DNA of 64,000 bases. Source: Neptunomonas sp. GTDB lineage: Bacteria; Pseudomonadota; Gammaproteobacteria; Pseudomonadales; Balneatricaceae. The position numbers were made by a program, and so were the translations under genes. How positions within the stretch are numbered: the stretch's first letter is position 1; each line of letters begins with the position of its first letter. Shown here one piece after another: positions 58,920 to 64,000 of this stretch. The stretch covers positions 5-64,004 of the forward strand of contig NZ_JBFIIH010000005.1 of assembly GCF_041601355.1 (NCBI RefSeq), in the 5' to 3' direction. Below the pieces are notes generated by a model. The model saw nothing but the letters and a program-made list of their open reading frames with translations. It did no database searches and was not told the DNA's origin.

Positions 58920-58935
58920 ATTACAAAAATGTAAT
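58920..58935. promoter_or_regulatory. Perfect palindromic cop-box-like operator ATTACA-aaaa-TGTAAT
   Basis: Sits in the divergent region between cusR (58865) and the His-rich protein gene (59023). It has the same half-site spacing as the box at 36546. Confidence 0.55.
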
Positions 58936-59022
58936 CCTCATGTCAGCTCGGTGAAAGGCGCGGTGTTTACTATAGATCTGAAAGATTACAAACATGTTCT
59001 TACATCAGCAGGGAGAATAACA

Positions 59023-59343
59023 ATGAAACTTAAAAACATTATTATCAACGTAAGCAGTGTATTACTTATCAGCGCTGCCTTACCTGCCATCGCTCATGAG
59101 AAAACGGATACTGGCATTCATCATAAAGAAATGGTGGAAGCACCCACTGCTCACGAACACACGCCTTCTGCTACTGATACGCATTACATGATGCATGGTG
59201 GCGATGATCATCAAGGTCATTTAATGGAAGGCGCCACACACGGAGAAAACCAAGCGACCGAACATGAAAAACAACTAATACCTGATACCCCATCAAATAA
59301 AGACTATAAGATGAACCCTGGTGGCGGTCCTCAAGCTGAATGA
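59023..59343 (+). CDS. Small periplasmic His-rich protein, putative metal-binding
   Basis: Signal peptide (LPAIA-HE) and many His residues (GIHHKEM, TAHEHTP, THYMMHGGDDHQGHLMEGATHGEN). GGGAGA SD. The upstream part of the tracked ORF was discarded. Confidence 0.65.
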   Translation: MKLKNIIINVSSVLLISAALPAIAHEKTDTGIHHKEMVEAPTAHEHTPSATDTHYMMHGGDDHQGHLMEGATHGENQATEHEKQLIPDTPSNKDYKMNPGGGPQAE

Positions 59344-59453
59344 ACGGAAGGTAAGGATTATCTTAAAGAATAGCATTACTGCCACTTACGGTAAGTCGTA
59401 CCCCGTGAGTGGCGCACTGCATTCCAGTATTGCACTTGTCAGATGAATTAACA

Positions 59454-59479
59454 GTTCAGGTGTTACGTTCAGGTGTTAC
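59454..59479. repeat. 2 x 13-bp perfect direct repeat GTTCAGGTGTTAC upstream of the Cu-ATPase gene
   Basis: Read directly at 59454-59466 and 59467-59479, 57 nt upstream of the ATG. Confidence 0.8.
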
Positions 59480-59535
59480 ATAGTCAGGCGCGATGGCTCC
59501 ATTTACGCGCTTTAACTATGATTAAGGAGAAAGTC

Positions 59536-61821
59536 ATGGGCTATTTGGCTATCGATAGCACTCAGGAACACGCCTCGTTAGAGCAGCCATCTGATTCTAT
59601 TGAGCTCATCATTGAGGGGGCTGGGTGTGCCAGTTGTGTCGGTAAAATTGAAGCCGCGCTTACTTCGGTAACAGGTGTTCAGCAAGCAGAAATGAATTTT
59701 GCAGCTCGCACAGTGACGGTATCAGGTCAGGCCGAATCATCCGCGTTGATTCAAGCGATCGAGCAAGCTGGATATAACGCCAGAGTTGTGCAAAGTAACT
59801 CAGAAGCAGAATTACTCGATGAAAAAGAACACGCTGACTTAGCTTATTACAAAACACTTATGTGGAAAATGTGGATTGGGCTTGCCTTAGGACTTCCACT
59901 GATGATTTACGGCCTTATTGGCGGTGATATGACCGTGACCACGACCAACGAACGTCTCGCTTGGTTATTGGTGGGTGCATTAACGTTTAGCGTGATGTTT
60001 TTTGCCGGAAAACATTTTTTTGTGGGCGCGTGGCAATCCTTTAAAAACCATTCAGCAAACATGGATACACTCATCGCTCTGGGTACAGGCACCGCCTGGG
60101 TCTATTCGATGGCAGTGATCGCTGTGCCTGATCTTATACCTGACATGGCAAGACACGTTTACTTCGAAGCCACTGCAATGATTATTGGTCTGATCAACCT
60201 GGGATTGGCCCTTGAAGTTAAAGCACGAGGCCGAACGTCTGAAGCGATCAAACGACTGATCGGCTTACAACCCAAAACAGCGAGTGTTCTCAGAGACGAC
60301 ATTGAATTAGACATCCCTATCAAACAAGTGCTGCTGCACGACATTGTTCGCGTCAGACCCGGTGAAAAAATTCCGGTGGATGGCGTCATACAAGAAGGCC
60401 AAACGGCCATTGATGAGTCTATGTTGACCGGTGAGCCGATGCCTGTCGTCAAAAATACAGGCGACGAAGTCACCACGGGCACCTTAAATAAAACAGGTTC
60501 CATCTTATTCAAGGCCACTCGCGTCGGCAAAGATACGGCGTTAGCACAAATCATCAAGATGGTTAAGCGTGCCCAAAACTCTAAACCACCGATTGGCCGC
60601 TTAGCGGATGTAATCTCCGCCTATTTTGTTCCTGTTGTTATGATCACTGCGGTTATCAGTGCATTGGCCTGGTTGAACTTCGGCCCAGAACCCGCACTCG
60701 CCTTTGCCATTGTTTCAGCGACAACCGTACTGATTATTGCCTGCCCTTGCGCATTAGGTTTAGCCACGCCTATGTCAGTCATGGTCGGCGTGGGTAAAGC
60801 CGCAGAAGCCGGCGTGCTCATAAGAAACGGCGCTGCATTACAAACCGCCTCTAAAATAACCGCCATGGTGCTTGATAAAACCGGCACTATTACTGAAGGT
60901 GCGCCAAAAGTAACTGATATTGTCGTGGCTAATGGATTAAGTGAGGAAAGCATTCTGCAGTTAGCTGCCAGTATGGAGTCAAGCTCTGAGCACCCATTAG
61001 CATTAGCGATTGTAGAATCTGCAGTAGAGAAAGGATTGTCACTCAATCGAGCAGAAAATTTCAATGCTATTGCTGGTCACGGTGCTGAAGCGACTATTCA
61101 GAGCCAACGATTGCTATTGGGAAATGAAAAATTAATGCATGACCGTAATATTGATATCAGTGGTTATATTGAAACAGCTCAACAGTTAGCCAGAGAAGCC
61201 AAAACACCGGTCTATTTTGCCATTGATGAACAACTTGCGGCGGTTATTGCGGTAGCCGATCCGATCAAACACGACTCTATTGACGCTATTAAGCGCCTTC
61301 AAGCTAATGGTATCCGGGTGGTTATGCTCACAGGAGACAATAGACTGACGGCTAAAGCAGTTGCCGAGAAAGTAGGTATAACTGAGTTCTTCGCTGAAGT
61401 ATTACCAGAAGATAAAGCCAAAAAAGTAGCTGAATTACAACAACAAGGTGAAATAGTTGGCATGACGGGTGACGGGATTAATGACGCTCCCGCACTGGCA
61501 CTGGCCAACGTCGGCTTTGCTATCGGAACCGGCACCGATGTGGCTATAGAAAGTGCGGATATTACCTTGATGCGTGGCTCATTACACGGCTTGGCTGATG
61601 CGGTAGCTGTCAGTAAAGCAACATTACGTAACATCAAACAAAACCTGTTTGGTGCCTTTATCTATAACGTAGCGGGCGTCCCTTTCGCCGCAGGCGTGCT
61701 GTACCCCTTCTTTGGTTTGTTATTAAGTCCAGTCATTGCCGGAGCAGCCATGGCATTTTCATCTCTGACCGTCGTAATGAATGCAAACCGCCTACGCCTT
61801 TTTAAAGCCAAAGATCATTAA
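59536..61821 (+). CDS. copA: Copper-translocating P1B-type ATPase (E. coli CopA type)
   Basis: N-terminal HMA domain with [12 protein letters not shown], the TM CPC motif ([13 protein letters not shown]), DKTGTIT, and the [10 protein letters not shown] hinge. Start at the ATG preceded by an AAGGAG SD. Confidence 0.93.
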   Translation: MGYLAIDSTQEHASLEQPSDSIELIIEGAGCASCVGKIEAALTSVTGVQQAEMNFAARTVTVSGQAESSALIQAIEQAGYNARVVQSNSEAELLDEKEHADLAYYKTLMWKMWIGLALGLPLMIYGLIGGDMTVTTTNERLAWLLVGALTFSVMFFAGKHFFVGAWQSFKNHSANMDTLIALGTGTAWVYSMAVIAVPDLIPDMARHVYFEATAMIIGLINLGLALEVKARGRTSEAIKRLIGLQPKTASVLRDDIELDIPIKQVLLHDIVRVRPGEKIPVDGVIQEGQTAIDESMLTGEPMPVVKNTGDEVTTGTLNKTGSILFKATRVGKDTALAQIIKMVKRAQNSKPPIGRLADVISAYFVPVVMITAVISALAWLNFGPEPALAFAIVSATTVLIIACPCALGLATPMSVMVGVGKAAEAGVLIRNGAALQTASKITAMVLDKTGTITEGAPKVTDIVVANGLSEESILQLAASMESSSEHPLALAIVESAVEKGLSLNRAENFNAIAGHGAEATIQSQRLLLGNEKLMHDRNIDISGYIETAQQLAREAKTPVYFAIDEQLAAVIAVADPIKHDSIDAIKRLQANGIRVVMLTGDNRLTAKAVAEKVGITEFFAEVLPEDKAKKVAELQQQGEIVGMTGDGINDAPALALANVGFAIGTGTDVAIESADITLMRGSLHGLADAVAVSKATLRNIKQNLFGAFIYNVAGVPFAAGVLYPFFGLLLSPVIAGAAMAFSSLTVVMNANRLRLFKAKDH

Positions 61822-61832
61822 GGAGTCATACG

Positions 61833-62186
61833 ATGTTGTTAATTAATATCAGTGGGTTTCTTCTGATTGCTCTAATCGTGTGGTGGTTCTGGCTTTATAA
61901 GCCTCAGGAAATAGAAGTCACCAACAATAAAATGGTTATCCGAGTCGAAAACGGCGTTTACAATCCCGCTCATATAAAAGTAAAAGCGGATAAATCCACA
62001 GTGCTGACATTTTTCAGAACTGACAGCTCCCCCTGCTCAGCAACGCTACTCATTCCCGGTATAGAAATGAGCCAGGAGATTCCCCTCAATAAAGAGACTG
62101 TTATTACCTTGCCCCCTTTATCAGCGGGAGAATATCCATTTCATTGTTCGATGCAAATGTATCGTGGTGTGATTAAGTCAGAATGA
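61833..62186 (+). CDS. Cupredoxin-like domain protein with an N-terminal TM anchor
   Basis: N-terminal TM segment and a C-terminal GEYPFHCSMQMYRGVI motif (Cupredoxin_1 type). AAGGAG SD. 12 nt after the ATPase stop. Confidence 0.7.
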   Translation: MLLINISGFLLIALIVWWFWLYKPQEIEVTNNKMVIRVENGVYNPAHIKVKADKSTVLTFFRTDSSPCSATLLIPGIEMSQEIPLNKETVITLPPLSAGEYPFHCSMQMYRGVIKSE

Positions 62187-62197
62187 GGAGTGAATGT

Positions 62198-62479
62198 ATG
62201 TTTAGTTTCTGGAAAACACCCTGGGGGTTAGCAGCTCTAGTCCTGAGTGGTGCGGCGACGTACTTTTTAGTGGTCGAACATCAGCAACATATTTTTGCCT
62301 TTTTACCCTTCTTGATTTTTCTAGCGTGCCCATTAATGCATCTATTTATGCATAAAAAACATAGACATGGTCACAGCAAGCATGAAGAACATGAAGAGAG
62401 CCAGGACGTTTTTCAAAAAGGCGTTGAAGAAGGTAAACGTCAATCACTTATTAGTAACAAGGAGAACAATCGTGAATGA
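62198..62479 (+). CDS. DUF2933-family small membrane protein
   Basis: Two TM segments with ACPLMHLFMH followed by a HRHGHSKHEEHEE tail. AGGAG SD before MFSFWK. Confidence 0.7.
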   Translation: MFSFWKTPWGLAALVLSGAATYFLVVEHQQHIFAFLPFLIFLACPLMHLFMHKKHRHGHSKHEEHEESQDVFQKGVEEGKRQSLISNKENNRE

Positions 62480-62831
62480 CTCACAACATAGACTCGGTGT
62501 TTGTGAAGTCAACTTAGTCGTCAGACATTTACGCTTGGACAAAATAACTGTGGCCAATAAGGATCTAATCCTTGCGGAGATTGATGCGATCTATGGTATT
62601 GATAATGTGTCATTTGATGATAAAGCAGGGGTCTTGAACATTGCGTATGATGCATCACGTTGCCACTTAGACGGCATTGAAGAAATCATCAGGCAACATG
62701 GTGCAGATGTCGCTCATGATTGGTGGACACACTTTAAAGAAGGCTACTACAAGTATGTTGATCAGAACGTTAAAGATAATGCAGCCCATGAACCCTGGAG
62801 TTGCCATAAGGTCCCACCAGGTAAAAAATAA
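62472..62831 (+). CDS. Hypothetical HMA-fold-like protein lacking the CxxC motif
   Basis: GTG start with an AAGGAG SD, overlapping the DUF2933 gene end by 8 nt. It has a ferredoxin-like beta-alpha-beta-beta-alpha-beta pattern (VVRHLRLD...LAEIDAIYGIDNVSFDDKAGVLNIAYD...IEEIIRQHGADV), then HDWWTH...HEPWSCH. The fold assignment is inference. Confidence 0.55.
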   Translation: MNDSQHRLGVCEVNLVVRHLRLDKITVANKDLILAEIDAIYGIDNVSFDDKAGVLNIAYDASRCHLDGIEEIIRQHGADVAHDWWTHFKEGYYKYVDQNVKDNAAHEPWSCHKVPPGKK

Positions 62832-62867
62832 CGTTCATATATAAAATATAGTCGCGTGACCCTCTTG

Positions 62868-63545
62868 CTATAAGTCAGTCATACCCGTGTTCTTCTTAGT
62901 TGATGTAAAACGCCAAACCCCTGCCGCTATAACCAGCACGATAACAAGCCCCACATTTATCACCAACGACTGATCCTTAGCCGTATCACCAAAGTGAGCC
63001 ATTAAAAAGCTTGCCGGGAGAATTCCAATAGCCGTAGCAATAAAAAAACGTCTGTAGCTCAGTGTAGTAATGCCAGCCGCATAACTAATCAAATCAAAAG
63101 AAACAAATGGCATGAGCCTCGACGCTAAAATAAGCCACATCAATCGTTTCGGGTCCTGAAGCTTCCAACCTGGAAATTGCTGTTCCAGCCAAAGATAAGC
63201 CGCTTTAAAGCCTAAGATGCGCGCTATACTAAATGCGATACTGGCACCTAACAACGATCCGGCAAAAACGTAAACAGTTCCTTCGTAATGTCCGTATACA
63301 GCGCCTGCCGCCAAAGCAATAGGGGCGCTAGGTAAGGGACTAAATACAATCGCTACTGCCATACTGCCAATGATTACCAAAGGCCCTATAAATCCTGAGT
63401 TTCTGGCATAATCGATAATTAGCTGAGGATTAGTCCAATCGATAGGTAACTGAACACTAAAATGATCAAGCCACCCCCACAGAAAAAATGCAGCAACCAC
63501 TAAAGTAATGAGTAAATATCGAAATGCCGTAAGCACCGGTTTCAT
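62868..63545 (-). CDS. TVP38/TMEM64 (DedA-related, VTT domain) membrane protein
   Basis: FSPLPSAPIALAAGAVYG, RLMPFVSFDLISYAAGIT, and 5-6 TM segments. Confidence 0.8.
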   Translation of the reverse strand: MKPVLTAFRYLLITLVVAAFFLWGWLDHFSVQLPIDWTNPQLIIDYARNSGFIGPLVIIGSMAVAIVFSPLPSAPIALAAGAVYGHYEGTVYVFAGSLLGASIAFSIARILGFKAAYLWLEQQFPGWKLQDPKRLMWLILASRLMPFVSFDLISYAAGITTLSYRRFFIATAIGILPASFLMAHFGDTAKDQSLVINVGLVIVLVIAAGVWRFTSTKKNTGMTDL

Positions 63546-63626
63546 AAAAAATTTTCCTTCACAGGGCTGGCATTGTCAGTGACAGGTTAATTCAGCCTGA
63601 CAAAGCCAGCACTGCAGAGTTAACAC

Positions 63627-64000
63627 TTATTCGCCGTAATACAATCCACCAAAATGCTTTTTACCATCCGCTGTTTTGAACAACACCATCAGTTGATGCT
63701 TACCGCTTTCCTTGAGGTCATAACCCGCCATCTGCCAGTCGCCCATGGTCATTAGGGGTTTGCTTTCATCTGTACCATCGGGATAGATAACTTTAGAGTT
63801 AATCTTCAGATTTTTTACCATTGCCCCCTGCTGCTCTACCTTAATCATCACATTATGTGATCCACCGTGCTCCATCCCTTCATCTGCTTTCATCACATGG
63901 AAGCTAACCGTATAGCCATCAATATCCTTCTTTTCCAAAAACATCTTGTTCTGATTCATATTGCTACCCATAGAGTCATGCGACATAGCCTCCTGTGGCA
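63627..64000 (-). CDS. Hypothetical Met/His-containing protein of the copper island; the 5' end probably lies beyond the window
   Basis: The frame stays open to position 64000 (..PQEAMSHDSMGSNM..). The first tracked ATG has its SD only 2 nt away and no signal peptide follows. The body (DGYTVSFHVMKA...HNVMIKVEQ...MGDWQMAGYDL) looks like a small beta-sandwich. Confidence 0.55.
   Translation of the reverse strand, partial: PQEAMSHDSMGSNMNQNKMFLEKKDIDGYTVSFHVMKADEGMEHGGSHNVMIKVEQQGAMVKNLKINSKVIYPDGTDESKPLMTMGDWQMAGYDLKESGKHQLMVLFKTADGKKHFGGLYYGE

Overview
This window is a chromosomal segment of a Gram-negative gammaproteobacterium. That assignment rests only on gene content and synteny: recC-recB, ptsP, prc, rpsA, rnd, dnaX-ybaB-recR and a Vibrio-type EF-G 2. 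No searches were run. I recognise about 65 CDS.

Layout:
- 1-31.6 kb: housekeeping backbone. It holds recBC, ptsP, an MFS transporter, a chemoreceptor, the moxR-DUF58-tgpA operon, slyD, an M18 aminopeptidase, FKBP, prc, rpsA, ycgN/ycgL, rnd, recR, ybaB, dnaX and EF-G 2.
- 31.9-38.1 kb: copper island 1. It holds two c-type cytochromes, a Met/His-rich periplasmic protein, copB, the copA multicopper oxidase, copR and a decayed copS.
- 38.1-47.3 kb: a sigma-54 two-component system with a TRAP transporter, plus an extra orphan DctP-like binding protein.
- 47.4-55.1 kb: a catabolic cluster with a TTT transporter, KGSADH, an RraA-like protein, a 2-hydroxyacid dehydrogenase and a GntR regulator.
- 55.4-64 kb: copper island 2. 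It holds a HupE-like protein, a membrane-anchored beta-rich protein, intact cusRS-like genes, a His-rich protein, a Cu P-type ATPase, a cupredoxin, DUF2933, an HMA-like protein, TVP38 and a partial gene.

I saw no rRNA, tRNA, CRISPR array, transposase, integrase, phage gene or recognisable defence gene. I did not find a clear-cut new multi-gene system.

The observations most worth follow-up are:
1. A diverged ~105-bp tandem duplication of the kinase-stop/regulator-start junction, which creates a 36-codon chimeric ORF.
2. The orphan binding protein + kinase + sigma-54 regulator + TRAP module.
3. A doubly deleted copS next to an intact copR, with a second intact paralogous two-component pair 20 kb away.
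4. ~93-bp direct repeats bracketing EF-G 2 and a cytochrome c gene.
5. A 12-bp repeat array running in frame across the tgpA stop into the next gene.
6. An E. coli-like dnaX -1 frameshift site.

Motif-level coordinates were read by eye and may be off by 1-2 nt.
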